Below are positions 25,661 to 39,569 of a stretch of DNA of 64,000 nt, in pieces. The position numbers and the translations under genes were made by a program. How positions within the stretch are numbered: the first letter of the stretch is position 1; every line of letters begins with the position of its first letter. The stretch spans positions 7,782,451-7,846,450 of the forward strand of contig NC_134035.1 of NCBI RefSeq assembly GCF_964204645.1. The letters are read 5' to 3'. The notes beneath the pieces are model-generated. The model did not search any database. It was not told where the DNA came from and saw only the letters and a list, made by a program, of their open reading frames with translations. Source of the stretch: Tubulanus polymorphus (Eukaryota; Animalia; Nemertea).

Positions 25661-26096
25661 AACAAAACGTATAAATCTAACCGTTTTGATATTACCTTCT
25701 CGATAGGATCGCCACCTCAGCGAGGCATCCACTTTTTATGTCTCTTTTAACACAGTTTCAATTGCTCAACTGATAAAACCAGGTACAATTATCCATTCGC
25801 TCCATCGAAAGATGTAGAAACAAACGCCTTTCCCTTCGCTCAAGGATCGGCGTTGAATAAGGCGGAGGAAACTATGAGAACAGCTACTTAGCAACACAAT
25901 CTGTGACGTCACATTACCAGAAAACATTCAATCTTCTATCTAACAAAGTATCGATTTGGGAATATATCTGCGACAACAAAATTTTGACAGCTTCGTTCAA
26001 CTAATGGCGAAAACAAACAAGCAAATAAACAAACAAATAAACGGCTGTTTGCGAGTGCTTTTAATTTTTGAAATAAATCGAGCAAAATTTGAAAAA

Positions 26097-26215
26097 AGTC
26101 TACAGCACCCGGTATTCCCAGGCGGTCACCCATCCAAGTACTAACCGGGCCCGACGTTGCTTAACTTCGGTGATCGGACGAGAACCGGTGCTTTCAACGT
26201 GGTATGGCCGTAGAC
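26097..26215 (-). rRNA. 5S rRNA
   Basis: array copy. Confidence 0.97.
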
Positions 26216-26651
26216 AACAAAACGTATAAATCTAACCGTTTTGATATTACCTTCTCGATAGGATCGCCACCTCAGCGAGGCATCCACTTTTTATGTCTCT
26301 TTTAACACAGTTTCAATTGCTCAACTGATAAAACCAGGTACAATTATCCATTCGCTCCATCGAAAGATGTAGAAACAAACGCCTTTCCCTTCGCTCAAGG
26401 ATCGGCGTTGAATAAGGCGGAGGAAACTATGAGAACAGCTACTTAGCAACACAATCTGTGACGTCACATTACCAGAAAACATCCAATCTTCTATCTAACA
26501 AAGTATCGATTTGGGAATATATCTGCGACAACAAAATTTTGACAGCTTCGTTCAACTAATGGCGAAAACAAACAAGCAAATAAACAAACAAATAAACGGC
26601 TGTTTGCGAGTGCTTTTAATTTTTGAAATAAATCGAGCAAAATTTGAAAAA

Positions 26652-26770
26652 AGTCTACAGCACCCGGTATTCCCAGGCGGTCACCCATCCAAGTACTAAC
26701 CGGGCCCGACGTTGCTTAACTTCGGTGATCGGACGAGAACCGGTGCTTTCAACGTGGTATGGCCGTAGAC
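26652..26770 (-). rRNA. 5S rRNA
   Basis: array copy. Confidence 0.97.
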
Positions 26771-27206
26771 AACAAAACGTATCAATCTAACCGTTTTGAT
26801 ATTACCTTCTCGATAGGATCGCCACCTCAGCGAGGCATCCACTTTTTATGTCTCTTTTAACACAGTTTCAATTGCTCAACTGATAAAACCAGGTACAATT
26901 ATCCATTCGCTCCATCGAAAGATGTAGAAACAAACGCCTTTCCCTTCGCTCAAGGATCGGCGTTGAATAAGGCGGAGGAAACTATGAGAACAGCTACTTA
27001 GCAACACAATCTGTGACGTCACATTACCAGAAAACATCCAATCTTCTATCTAACAAAGTATCGATTTGGGAATATATCTGCGACAACAAAATTTTGACAG
27101 CTTCGTTCAACTAATGGCAAAAACAAACAAGCAAATAAACAAACAAATAAACGGCTGTTTGCGAGTGCTTTTAATTTTTGAAATAAATCGAGCAAAATTT
27201 GAAAAA

Positions 27207-27325
27207 AGTCTACAGCACCCGGTATTCCCAGGCGGTCACCCATCCAAGTACTAACCGGGCCCGACGTTGCTTAACTTCGGTGATCGGACGAGAACCGGTG
27301 CTTTCAACGTGGTATGGCCGTAGAC
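27207..27325 (-). rRNA. 5S rRNA
   Basis: array copy. Confidence 0.97.
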
Positions 27326-27761
27326 AACAAAACGTATGAATCTAACCGTTTTGATATTACCTTCTCGATAGGATCGCCACCTCAGCGAGGCATCCACTTT
27401 TTATGTCTCTTTTAACACAGTTTCAATTGCTCAACTGATAAAACCAGGTACAATTATCCATTCGCTCCATCGAAAGATGTAGAAACAAACGCCTTTCCCT
27501 TCGCTCAAGGATCGGCGTTGAATAAGGCGGAGGAAACTATGAGAACAGCTACTTAGCAACACAATCTGTGACGTCACATTACCAGAAAACATCCAATCTT
27601 CTATCTAACAAAGTATCGATTTGGGAATATATCTGCGACAACAAAATTTTGACGGCTTCGTTCAACTAATGGCGAAAACGAACAAGCAAATAAACAAACA
27701 AATAAACGGCTGTTTGCGAGTGCTTTTAATTTTTGAAATAAATCGAGCAAAATTTGAAAAA

Positions 27762-27880
27762 AGTCTACAGCACCCGGTATTCCCAGGCGGTCACCCATCC
27801 AAGTACTAACCGGGCCCGACGTTGCTTAACTTCGGTGATCGGACGAGAACCGGTGCTTTCAACGTGGTATGGCCGTAGAC
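27762..27880 (-). rRNA. 5S rRNA
   Basis: array copy. Confidence 0.97.
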
Positions 27881-28318
27881 AACAAAACGTATAAATCTAA
27901 CCGTTTTGATATTACCTTCTCGATAGGATCGCCACCTCAGCGAGGCATCCACTTTTTATGTCTCTTTTAACACAGTTTCAATTGCTCAACTGATAAAACC
28001 AGGTACAATTATCCATTCGCTCCATCGAAAGATGTAGAAACAAACGCCTTTCCCTTCGCTCAAGGATCGGCGTTGAATAAGGCGGAGGAAACTATGAGAA
28101 CAGCTACTTAGCAACACAATCTGTGACGTCACATTACCAGAAAACATCCAATCTTCTATCTCTAACAAAGTATCGATTTGGGAATATATCTGCGACAACA
28201 AAATTTTGACGGCTTCGTTCAACTAATGGCGAAAACGAACAAGCAAATAAACAAACAAATAAACGGCTGTTTACGAGTGCTTTTAATTTTTGAAATAAAT
28301 CGAGCAAAATTTGAAAAA

Positions 28319-28437
28319 AGTCTACAGCACCCGGTATTCCCAGGCGGTCACCCATCCAAGTACTAACCGGGCCCGACGTTGCTTAACTTCGGTGATCGGA
28401 CGAGAACCGGTGCTTTCAACGTGGTATGGCCGTAGAC
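28319..28437 (-). rRNA. 5S rRNA
   Basis: array copy. Confidence 0.97.
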
Positions 28438-28875
28438 AACAAAACGTATAAATCTAACCGTTTTGATATTACCTTCTCGATAGGATCGCCACCTCAGCGA
28501 GGCATCCACTTTTTATGTCTCTTTTAACACAGTTTCAATTGCTCAACTGATAAAACCAGGTACAATTATCCATTCGCTCCATCGAAAGATGTAGAAACAA
28601 ACGCCTTTCCCTTCGCTCAAGGATCGGCGTTGAATAAGGCGGAGGAAACTATGAGAACAGCTACTTAGCAACACAATCTGTGACGTCACATTACCAGAAA
28701 ACATCCAATCTTCTATCTCTAACAAAGTATCGATTTGGGAATATATCTGCGACAACAAAATTTTGACGGCTTCGTTCAACTAATGGCGAAAACGAACAAG
28801 CAAATAAACAAACAAATAAACGGCTGTTTACGAGTGCTTTTAGTTTTTGAAATAAATCGAGCAAAATTTGAAAAA

Positions 28876-28994
28876 AGTCTACAGCACCCGGTATTCCCAG
28901 GCGGTCACCCATCCAAGTACTAACCGGGCCCGACGTTGCTTAATTTCGGTGATCGGACGAGAACCGGTGCTTTCAACGTGGTATGGCCGTAGAC
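28876..28994 (-). rRNA. 5S rRNA, variant G51A (box A)
   Basis: c>t at 28944. Confidence 0.94.
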
Positions 28995-29432
28995 AACAAA
29001 ACGTATCAATCTAACCGTTTTGATATTACCTTCTCGATAGGATCGCCACCTCAGCGAGGCATCCACTTTTTATGTCTCTTTTAACACAGTTTCAATTGCT
29101 CAACTGATAAAACCAGGTACAATTATCCATTCGCTCCATCGAAAGATGTAGAAACAAACGCCTTTCCCTTCGCTCAAGGATCGGCGTTGAATAAGGCGGA
29201 GGAAACTATGAGAACAGCTACTTAGCAACACAATCTGTGACGTCACATTACCAGAAAACATCCAATCTTCTATCTCTAACAAAGTATCGATTTGGGAATA
29301 TATCTGCGACAACAAAATTTTGACGGCTTCGTTCAACTAATGGCGAAAACGAACAAGCAAATAAACAAACAAATAAACGGCTGTTTACGAGTGGTTTTAA
29401 TTTTTGAAATAAATCGAGCAAAATTTGAAAAA

Positions 29433-29551
29433 AGTCTACAGCACCCGGTATTCCCAGGCGGTCACCCATCCAAGTACTAACCGGGCCCGACGTTGCTTAA
29501 CTTCGGTGATCGGACGAGAACCGGTGCTTTCAACGTGGTATGGCCGTAGAC
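29433..29551 (-). rRNA. 5S rRNA
   Basis: array copy. Confidence 0.97.
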
Positions 29552-29989
29552 AACAAAACGTATCAATCTAACCGTTTTGATATTACCTTCTCGATAGGAT
29601 CGCCACCTCAGCGAGGCATCCACTTTTTATGTCTCTTTTAACACAGTTTCAATTGCTCAACTGATAAAACCAGGTACAATTATCCATTCGCTCCATCGAA
29701 AGATGTAGAAACAAACGCCTTTCCCTTCGCTCAAGGATCGGCGTTGAATAAGGCGGAGGAAACTATGAGAACAGCTACTTAGCAACACAATCTGTGACGT
29801 CACATTACCAGAAAACATCCAATCTTCTATCTCTAACAAAGTATCGATTTGGGAATATATCTGCGACAACAAAATTTTGACGGCTTCGTTCAACTAATGG
29901 CGAAAACAAACAAGCAAATAAACAAACAAATAAACGGCTGTTTGCGAGTGCTTTTAATTTTTGAAATAAATCGAGCAAAATTTGAAAAA

Positions 29990-30108
29990 AGTCTACAGCA
30001 CCCGGTATTCCCAGGCGGTCACCCATCCAAGTACTAACCGGGCCCGACGTTGCTTAACTTCGGTGATCGGACGAGAACCGGTGCTTTCAACGTGGTATGG
30101 CCGTAGAC
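29990..30108 (-). rRNA. 5S rRNA
   Basis: array copy. Confidence 0.97.
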
Positions 30109-30544
30109 AACAAAACGTATAAATCTAACCGTTTTGATATTACCTTCTCGATAGGATCGCCACCTCAGCGAGGCATCCACTTTTTATGTCTCTTTTAACA
30201 CAGTTTCAATTGCTCAACTGATAAAACCAGGTACAATTATCCATTCGCTCCATCGAAAGATGTAGAAACAAACGCCTTTCCCTTCGCTCAAGGATCGGCG
30301 TTGAATAAGGCGGAGGAAACTATGAGAACAGCTACTTAGCAACACAATCTGTGACGTCACATTACCAGAAAACATCCAATCTTCTATCTAACAAAGTATC
30401 GATTTGGGAATATATCTGCGACAACAAAATTTTGACAGCTTCGTTCAACTAATGGCGAAAACAAACAAGCAAATAAACAAACAAATAAACGGCTGTTTGC
30501 GAGTGCTTTTAATTTTTGAAATAAATCGAGCAAAATTTGAAAAA

Positions 30545-30663
30545 AGTCTACAGCACCCGGTATTCCCAGGCGGTCACCCATCCAAGTACTAACCGGGCCC
30601 GACGTTGCTTAACTTCGGTGATCGGACGAGAACCGGTGCTTTCAACGTGGTATGGCCGTAGAC
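30545..30663 (-). rRNA. 5S rRNA
   Basis: array copy. Confidence 0.97.
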
Positions 30664-31101
30664 AACAAAACGTATAAATCTAACCGTTTTGATATTACCT
30701 TCTCGATAGGATCGCCACCTCAGCGAGGCATCCACTTTTTATGTCTCTTTTAACACAGTTTCAATTGCTCAACTGATAAAACTAGGTACAATTATCCATT
30801 CGCTCCATCGAAAGATGTAGAAACAAACGCCTTTCCCTTCGCTCAAGGATCGGCGTTGAATAAGGCGGAGGAAACTATGAGAACAGCTACTTAGCAACAC
30901 AATCTGTGACGTCACATTACCAGAAAACATCCAATCTTCTATCTCTAACAAAGTATCGATTTGGGAATATATCTGCGACAACAAAATTTTGACGGCTTCG
31001 TTCAACTAATGGCGAAAACGAACAAGCAAATAAACAAACAAATAAACGGCTGTTTACGAGTGCTTTTAATTTTTGAAATAAATCGAGCAAAATTTGAAAA
31101 A

Positions 31102-31220
31102 AGTCTACAGCACCCGGTATTCCCAGGCGGTCACCCATCCAAGTACTAACCGGGCCCGACGTTGCTTAACTTCGGTGATCGGACGAGAACCGGTGCTTTC
31201 AACGTGGTATGGCCGTAGAC
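31102..31220 (-). rRNA. 5S rRNA
   Basis: array copy. Confidence 0.97.
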
Positions 31221-31658
31221 AACAAAACGTATCAATCTAACCGTTTTGATATTACCTTCTCGATAGGATCGCCACCTCAGCGAGGCATCCACTTTTTATG
31301 TCTCTTTTAACACAGTTTCAATTGCTCAACTGATAAAACCAGGTACAATTATCCATTCGCTCCATCGAAAGATGTAGAAACAAACGCCTTTCCCTTCGCT
31401 CAAGGATCGGCGTTGAATAAGGCGGAGGAAACTATGAGAACAGCTACTTAGCAACACAATCTGTGACGTCACATTACCAGAAAACATCCAATCTTCTATC
31501 TCTAACAAAGTATCGATTTGGGAATATATCTGCGACAACAAAATTTTGACGGCTTCGTTCAACTAATGGCGAAAACGAACAAGCAAATAAACAAACAAAT
31601 AAACGGCTGTTTACGAGTGCTTTTAATTTTTGAAATAAATCGAGCAAAATTTGAAAAA

Positions 31659-31777
31659 AGTCTACAGCACCCGGTATTCCCAGGCGGTCACCCATCCAAG
31701 TACTAACCGGGCCCGACGTTGCTTAACTTCGGTGATCGGACGAGAACCGGTGCTTTCAACGTGGTATGGCCGTAGAC
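31659..31777 (-). rRNA. 5S rRNA
   Basis: array copy. Confidence 0.97.
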
Positions 31778-32215
31778 AACAAAACGTATAAATCTAACCG
31801 TTTTGATATTACCTTCTCGATAGGATCGCCACTTCAGCGAGGCATCCACTTTTTATGTCTCTTTTAACACAGTTTCAATTGCTCAACTGATAAAACCAGG
31901 TACAATTATCCATTCGCTCCATCGAAAGATGTAGAAACAAACGCCTTTCCCTTCGCTCAAGGATCGGCGTTGAATAAGGCGGAGGAAACTATGAGAACAG
32001 CTACTTAGCAACACAATCTGTGACGTCACATTACCAGAAAACATCCAATCTTCTATCTCTAACAAAGTATCGATTTGGGAATATATCTGCGACAACAAAA
32101 TTTTGACGGCTTCGTTCAACTAATGGCGAAAACGAACAAGCAAATAAACAAACAAATAAACGGCTGTTTACGAGTGCTTTTAGTTTTTGAAATAAATCGA
32201 GCAAAATTTGAAAAA

Positions 32216-32334
32216 AGTCTACAGCACCCGGTATTCCCAGGCGCTCACCCATCCAAGTACTAACCGGGCCCGACGTTGCTTAACTTCGGTGATCGGACGA
32301 GAACCGGTGCTTTCAACGTGGTATGGCCGTAGAC
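32216..32334 (-). rRNA. 5S rRNA, variant C91G (box C)
   Basis: g>c at 32244. Confidence 0.94.
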
Positions 32335-32772
32335 AACAAAACGTATCAATCTAACCGTTTTGATATTACCTTCTCGATAGGATCGCCACCTCAGCGAGGC
32401 ATCCACTTTTTATGTCTCTTTTAACACAGTTTCAATTGCTCAACTGATAAAACCAGGTACAATTATCCATTCGCTCCATCGAAAGATGTAGAAACAAACG
32501 CCTTTCCCTTCGCTCAAGGATCGGCGTTGAATAAGGCGGAGGAAACTATGAGAACAGCTACTTAGCAACACAATCTGTGACGTCACATTACCAGAAAACA
32601 TCCAATCTTCTATCTCTAACAAAGTATCGATTTGGGAATATATCTGCGACAACAAAATTTTGACGGCTTCGTTCAACTAATGGCGAAAACGAACAAGCAA
32701 ATAAACAAACAAATAAACGGCTGTTTACGAGTGCTTTTAATTTTTGAAATAAATCGAGCAAAATTTGAAAAA

Positions 32773-32891
32773 AGTCTACAGCACCCGGTATTCCCAGGCG
32801 GTCACCCATCCAAGTACTAACCGGGCCCGACGTTGCTTAACTTCGGTGATCGGACGAGAACCGGTGCCTTCAACGTGGTATGGCCGTAGAC
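32773..32891 (-). rRNA. 5S rRNA, variant A24G
   Basis: t>c at 32868. Confidence 0.95.
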
Positions 32892-33329
32892 AACAAAACG
32901 TATCAATCTAACCGTTTTGATATTACCTTCTCGATAGGATCGCCACCTCAGCGAGGCATCCACTTTTTATGTCTCTTTTAACACAGTTTCAATTGCTCAA
33001 CTGATAAAACCAGGTACAATTATCCATTCGCTCCATCGAAAGATGTAGAAACAAACGCCTTTCCCTTCGCTCAAGGATCGGCGTTGAATAAGGCGGAGGA
33101 AACTATGAGAACAGCTACTTAGCAACACAATCTGTGACGTCACATTACCAGAAAACATCCAATCTTCTATCTCTAACAAAGTATCGATTTGGGAATATAT
33201 CTGCGACAACAAAATTTTGACGGCTTCGTTCAACTAATGGCGAAAACGAACAAGCAAATAAACAAACAAATAAACGGCTGTTTACGAGTGCTTTTAGTTT
33301 TTGAAATAAATCGAGCAAAATTTGAAAAA

Positions 33330-33448
33330 AGTCTACAGCACCCGGTATTCCCAGGCGCTCACCCATCCAAGTACTAACCGGGCCCGACGTTGCTTAACTT
33401 CGGTGATCGGACGAGAACCGGTGCTTTCAACGTGGTATGGCCGTAGAC
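33330..33448 (-). rRNA. 5S rRNA, variant C91G (box C)
   Basis: g>c at 33358. Confidence 0.94.
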
Positions 33449-33886
33449 AACAAAACGTATCAATCTAACCGTTTTGATATTACCTTCTCGATAGGATCGC
33501 CACCTCAGCGAGGCATCCACTTTTTATGTCTCTTTTAACACAGTTTCAATTGCTCAACTGATAAAACCAGGTACAATTATCCATTCGCTCCATCGAAAGA
33601 TGTAGAAACAAACGCCTTTCCCTTCGCTCAAGGATCGGCGTTGAATAAGGCGGAGGAAACTATGAGAACAGCTACTTAGCAACACAATCTGTGACGTCAC
33701 ATTACCAGAAAACATCCAATCTTCTATCTCTAACAAAGTATCGATTTGGGAATATATCTGCGACAACAAAATTTTGACGGCTTCGTTCAACTAATGGCGA
33801 AAACGAACAAGCAAATAAACAAACAAATAAACGGCTGTTTACGAGTGCTTTTAATTTTTGAAATAAATAGAGCAAAATTTGAAAAA

Positions 33887-34005
33887 AGTCTACAGCACCC
33901 GGTATTCCCAGGCGGTCACCCATCCAAGTACTAACCGGGCCCGACGTTGCTTAACTTCGGTGATCGGACGAGAACCGGTGCCTTCAACGTGGTATGGCCG
34001 TAGAC
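33887..34005 (-). rRNA. 5S rRNA, variant A24G
   Basis: t>c at 33982. Confidence 0.95.
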
Positions 34006-34443
34006 AACAAAACGTATCAATCTAACCGTTTTGATATTACCTTCTCGATAGGATCGCCACCTCAGCGAGGCATCCACTTTTTATGTCTCTTTTAACACAG
34101 TTTCAATTGCTCAACTGATAAAACCAGGTACAATTATCCATTCGCTCCATCGAAAGATGTAGAAACAAACGCCTTTCCCTTCGCTCAAGGATCGGCGTTG
34201 AATAAGGCGGAGGAAACTATGAGAACAGCTACTTAGCAACACAATCTGTGACGTCACATTACCAGAAAACATCCAATCTTCTATATCTAACAAAGTATCG
34301 ATTTGGGAATATATCTGCGACAACAAAATTTTGACTGCTTCGTTCAACTAATGGCGAAAACGAACAAGCAAATAAACAAACAAATAAACGGCTGTTTACG
34401 AGTGCTTTTAATTTTTGAAATAAATCGAGCAAAATTTGAAAAA

Positions 34444-34562
34444 AGTCTACAGCACCCGGTATTCCCAGGCGGTCACCCATCCAAGTACTAACCGGGCCCG
34501 ACGTTGCTTAATTTCGGTGATCGGACGAGAACCGGTGCTTTCAACGTGGTATGGCCGTAGAC
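34444..34562 (-). rRNA. 5S rRNA, variant G51A (box A)
   Basis: c>t at 34512. Confidence 0.94.
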
Positions 34563-34998
34563 AACAAAACGTATCAATCTAACCGTTTTGATATTACCTT
34601 CTCGATAGGATCGCCACCTCAGCGAGGCATCCACTTTTTATGTCTCTTTTAACACAGTTTCAATTGCTCAACTGATAAAACCAGGTACAATTATCCATTC
34701 GCTCCATCGAAAGATGTAGAAACAAACGCCTTTCCCTTCGCTCAAGGATCGGCGTTGAATAAGGCGGAGGAAACTATGAGAACAGCTACTTAGCAACACA
34801 ATCTGTGACGTCACATTACCAGAAAACATCCAATCTTCTATCTAACAAAGTATCGATTTGGGAATATATCTGCGACAACAAAATTTTGACAGCTTCGTTC
34901 AACTAATGGCGAAAACAAACAAGCAAATAAACAAACAAATAAACGGCTGTTTGCGAGTGCTTTTAATTTTTGAAATAAATCGAGCAAAATTTGAAAAA

Positions 34999-35117
34999 AG
35001 TCTACAGCACCCGGTATTCCCAGGCGGTCACCCATCCAAGTACTAACCGGGCCCGACGTTGCTTAGCTTCGGTGATCGGACGAGAACCGGTGCTTTCAAC
35101 GTGGTATGGCCGTAGAC
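34999..35117 (-). rRNA. 5S rRNA, variant T52C (box A)
   Basis: a>g at 35066. Confidence 0.95.
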
Positions 35118-35555
35118 AACAAAACGTATAAATCTAACCGTTTTGATATTACCTTCTCGATAGGATCGCCACCTCAGCGAGGCATCCACTTTTTATGTCT
35201 CTTTTAACACAGTTTCAATTGCTCAACTGATAAAACCAGGTACAATTATCCATTCGCTCCATCGAAAGATGTAGAAACAAACGCCTTTCCCTTCGCTCAA
35301 GGATCGGCGTTGAATAAGGCGGAGGAAACTATGAGAACAGCTACTTAGCAACACAATCTGTGACGTCACATTACCAGAAAACATCCAATCTTCTATCTCT
35401 AACAAAGTATCGATTTGGGAATATATCTGCGACAACAAAATTTTGACACCTTCGTTCAACTAATGCCGTAAACGAACAAGCAAATAAACAAACAAATAAA
35501 CGGCTGTTTGCGAGTGCTTTTAATTTTTGAAATAAATCGAGCAAAATTTGAAAAA

Positions 35556-35674
35556 AGTCTACAGCACCCGGTATTCCCAGGCGGTCACCCATCCAAGTAC
35601 TAACCGGGCCCGACGTTGCTTAACTTCGGTGATCGGACGAGAACCGGTGCTTTCAACGTGGTATGGCCGTAGAC
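35556..35674 (-). rRNA. 5S rRNA
   Basis: array copy. Confidence 0.97.
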
Positions 35675-36110
35675 AACAAAACGTATCAATCTAACCGTTT
35701 TGATATTACCTTCTCGATAGGATCGCCACCTCAGCGAGGCATCCACTTTTTATGTCTCTTTTAACACAGTTTCAATTGCTCAACTGATAAAACCAGGTAC
35801 AATTATCCATTCGCTCCATCGAAAGATGTAGAAACAAACGCCTTTCCCTTCGCTCAAGGATCGGCGTTGAATAAGGCGGAGGAAACTATGAGAACAGCTA
35901 CTTAGCAACACAATCTGTGACGTCACATTACCAGAAAACATCCAATCTTCTATCTAACAAAGTATCGATTTGGGAATATATCTGCGACAACAAAATTTTG
36001 ACAGCTTCGTTCAACTAATGGCGAAAACAAACAAGCAAATAAACAAACAAATAAACGGCTGTTTGCGAGTGCTTTTAATTTTTGAAATAAATCGAGCAAA
36101 ATTTGAAAAA

Positions 36111-36229
36111 AGTCTACAGCACCCGGTATTCCCAGGCGGTCACCCATCCAAGTACTAACCGGGCCCGACGTTGCTTAACTTCGGTGATCGGACGAGAACC
36201 GGTGCTTTCAACGTGGTATGGCCGTAGAC
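36111..36229 (-). rRNA. 5S rRNA
   Basis: array copy. Confidence 0.97.
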
Positions 36230-36665
36230 AACAAAACGTATAAATCTAACCGTTTTGATATTACCTTCTCGATAGGATCGCCACCTCAGCGAGGCATCCA
36301 CTTTTTATGTCTCTTTTAACACAGTTTCAATTGCTCAACTGATAAAACCAGGTACAATTATCCATTCGCTCCATCGAAAGATGTAGAAACAAACGCCTTT
36401 CCCTTCGCTCAAGGATCGGCGTTGAATAAGGCGGAGGAAACTATGAGAACAGCTACTTAGCAACACAATCTGTGACGTCACATTACCAGAAAACATCCAA
36501 TCTTCTATCTAACAAAGTATCGATTTGGGAATATATCTGCGACAACAAAATTTTGACAGCTTCGTTCAACTAATGGCGAAAACAAACAAGCAAATAAACA
36601 AACAAATAAACGGCTGTTTGCGAGTGCTTTTAATTTTTGAAATAAATCGAGCAAAATTTGAAAAA

Positions 36666-36784
36666 AGTCTACAGCACCCGGTATTCCCAGGCGGTCACCC
36701 ATCCAAGTACTAACCGGGCCCGACGTTGCTTAACTTCGGTGATCGGACGAGAACCGGTGCTTTCAACGTGGTATGGCCGTAGAC
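36666..36784 (-). rRNA. 5S rRNA
   Basis: array copy. Confidence 0.97.
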
Positions 36785-37222
36785 AACAAAACGTATAAAT
36801 CTAACCGTTTTGATATTACCTTCTCGATAGGATCGCCACCTCAGCGAGGCATCCACTTTTTATGTCTCTTTTAACACAGTTTCAATTGCTCAACTGATAA
36901 AACTAGGTACAATTATCCATTCGCTCCATCGAAAGATGTAGAAACAAACGCCTTTCCCTTCGCTCAAGGATCGGCGTTGAATAAGGCGGAGGAAACTATG
37001 AGAACAGCTACTTAGCAACACAATCTGTGACGTCACATTACCAGAAAACATCCAATCTTCTATCTCTAACAAAGTATCGATTTGGGAATATATCTGCGAC
37101 AACAAAATTTTGACGGCTTCGTTCAACCAATGGCGAAAACGAACAAGCAAATAAACAAACAAATAAACGGCTGTTTACGAGTGCTTTTAATTTTTGAAAT
37201 AAATCGAGCAAAATTTGAAAAA

Positions 37223-37341
37223 AGTCTACAGCACCCGGTATTCCCAGGCGGTCACCCATCCAAGTACTAACCGGGCCCGACGTTGCTTAACTTCGGTGAT
37301 CGGACGAGAACCGGTGCTTTCAACGTGGTATGGCCGTAGAC
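37223..37341 (-). rRNA. 5S rRNA
   Basis: array copy. Confidence 0.97.
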
Positions 37342-37779
37342 AACAAAACGTATCAATCTAACCGTTTTGATATTACCTTCTCGATAGGATCGCCACCTCA
37401 GCGAGGCATCCACTTTTTATGTCTCTTTTAACACAGTTTCAATTGCTCAACTGATAAAACCAGGTACAATTATCCATTCGCTCCATCGAAAGATGTAGAA
37501 ACAAACGCCTTTCCCTTCGCTCAAGGATCGGCGTTGAATAAGGCGGAGGAAACTATGAGAACAGCTACTTAGCAACACAATCTGTGACGTCACATTACCA
37601 GAAAACATCCAATCTTCTATCTCTAACAAAGTATCGATTTGGGAATATATCTGCGACAACAAAATTTTGACGGCTTCGTTCAACTAATGGCGAAAACGAA
37701 CAAGCAAATAAACAAACAAATAAACGGCTGTTTACGAGTGCTTTTAATTTTTGAAATAAATCGAGCAAAATTTGAAAAA

Positions 37780-37898
37780 AGTCTACAGCACCCGGTATTC
37801 CCAGGCGGTCACCCATCCAAGTACTAACCGGGCCCGACGTTGCTTAACTTCGGTGATCGGACGAGAACCGGTGCTTTCAACGTGGTATGGCCGTAGAC
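37780..37898 (-). rRNA. 5S rRNA
   Basis: array copy. Confidence 0.97.
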
Positions 37899-38336
37899 AA
37901 CAAAACGTATAAATCTAACCGTTTTGATATTACCTTCTCGATAGGATCGCCACCTCAGCGAGGCATCCACTTTTTATGTCTCTTTTAACACAGTTTCAAT
38001 TGCTCAACTGATAAAACCAGGTACAATTATCCATTCGCTCCATCGAAAGATGTAGAAACAAACGCCTTTCCCTTCGCTCAAGGATCGGCGTTGAATAAGG
38101 CGGAGGAAACTATGAGAACAGCTACTTAGCAACACAATCTGTGACGTCACATTACCAGAAAACATCCAATCTTCTATCTCTAACAAAGTATCGATTTGGG
38201 AATATATCTGCGACAACAAAATTTTGACGGCTTCGTTCAACTAATGGCGAAAACGAACAAGCAAATAAACAAACAAATAAACGGCTGTTTACGAGTGCTT
38301 TTAGTTTTTGAAATAAATCGAGCAAAATTTGAAAAA

Positions 38337-38455
38337 AGTCTACAGCACCCGGTATTCCCAGGCGCTCACCCATCCAAGTACTAACCGGGCCCGACGTTGC
38401 TTAACTTCGGTGATCGGACGAGAACCGGTGCTTTCAACGTGGTATGGCCGTAGAC
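38337..38455 (-). rRNA. 5S rRNA, variant C91G (box C)
   Basis: g>c at 38365. Confidence 0.94.
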
Positions 38456-38893
38456 AACAAAACGTATCAATCTAACCGTTTTGATATTACCTTCTCGATA
38501 GGATCGCCACCTCAGCGAGGCATCCACTTTTTATGTCTCTTTTAACACAGTTTCAATTGCTCAACTGATAAAACCAGGTACAATTATCCATTCGCTCCAT
38601 CGAAAGATGTAGAAACAAACGCCTTTCCCTTCGCTCAAGGATCGGCGTTGAATAAGGCGGAGGAAACTATGAGAACAGCTACTTAGCAACACAATCTGTG
38701 ACGTCACATTACCAGAAAACATCCAATCTTCTATCTCTAACAAAGTATCGATTTGGGAATATATCTGCGACAACAAAATTTTGACGGCTTCGTTCAACTA
38801 ATGGCGAAAACGAACAAGCAAATAAACAAACAAATAAACGGCTGTTTACGAGTGCTTTTAATTTTTGAAATAAATCGAGCAAAATTTGAAAAA

Positions 38894-39012
38894 AGTCTAC
38901 AGCACCCGGTATTCCCAGGCGGTCACCCATCCAAGTACTAACCGGGCCCGACGTTGCTTAACTTCGGTGATCGGACGAGAACCGGTGCCTTCAACGTGGT
39001 ATGGCCGTAGAC
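38894..39012 (-). rRNA. 5S rRNA, variant A24G
   Basis: t>c at 38989. Confidence 0.95.
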
Positions 39013-39450
39013 AACAAAACGTATCAATCTAACCGTTTTGATATTACCTTCTCGATAGGATCGCCACCTCAGCGAGGCATCCACTTTTTATGTCTCTTTT
39101 AACACAGTTTCAATTGCTCAACTGATAAAACCAGGTACAATTATCCATTCGCTCCATCGAAAGATGTAGAAACAAACGCCTTTCCCTTCGCTCAAGGATC
39201 GGCGTTGAATAAGGCGGAGGAAACTATGAGAACAGCTACTTAGCAACACAATCTGTGACGTCACATTACCAGAAAACATCCAATCTTCTATCTCTAACAA
39301 AGTATCGATTTGGGAATATATCTGCGACAACAAAATTTTGACGGCTTCGTTCAACTAATGGCGAAAACGAACAAGCAAATAAACAAACAAATAAACGGCT
39401 GTTTACGAGTGCTTTTAGTTTTTGAAATAAATCGAGCAAAATTTGAAAAA

Positions 39451-39569
39451 AGTCTACAGCACCCGGTATTCCCAGGCGCTCACCCATCCAAGTACTAACC
39501 GGGCCCGACGTTGCTTAACTTCGGTGATCGGACGAGAACCGGTGCTTTCAACGTGGTATGGCCGTAGAC
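39451..39569 (-). rRNA. 5S rRNA, variant C91G (box C)
   Basis: g>c at 39479. Confidence 0.94.

Larger units (their letters stand above)
19000..30110. repeat. Higher-order tandem duplication of 10 units (period 5562 bp); boundaries approximate
   Basis: Six rare variants recur at +5562. Confidence 0.88.
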
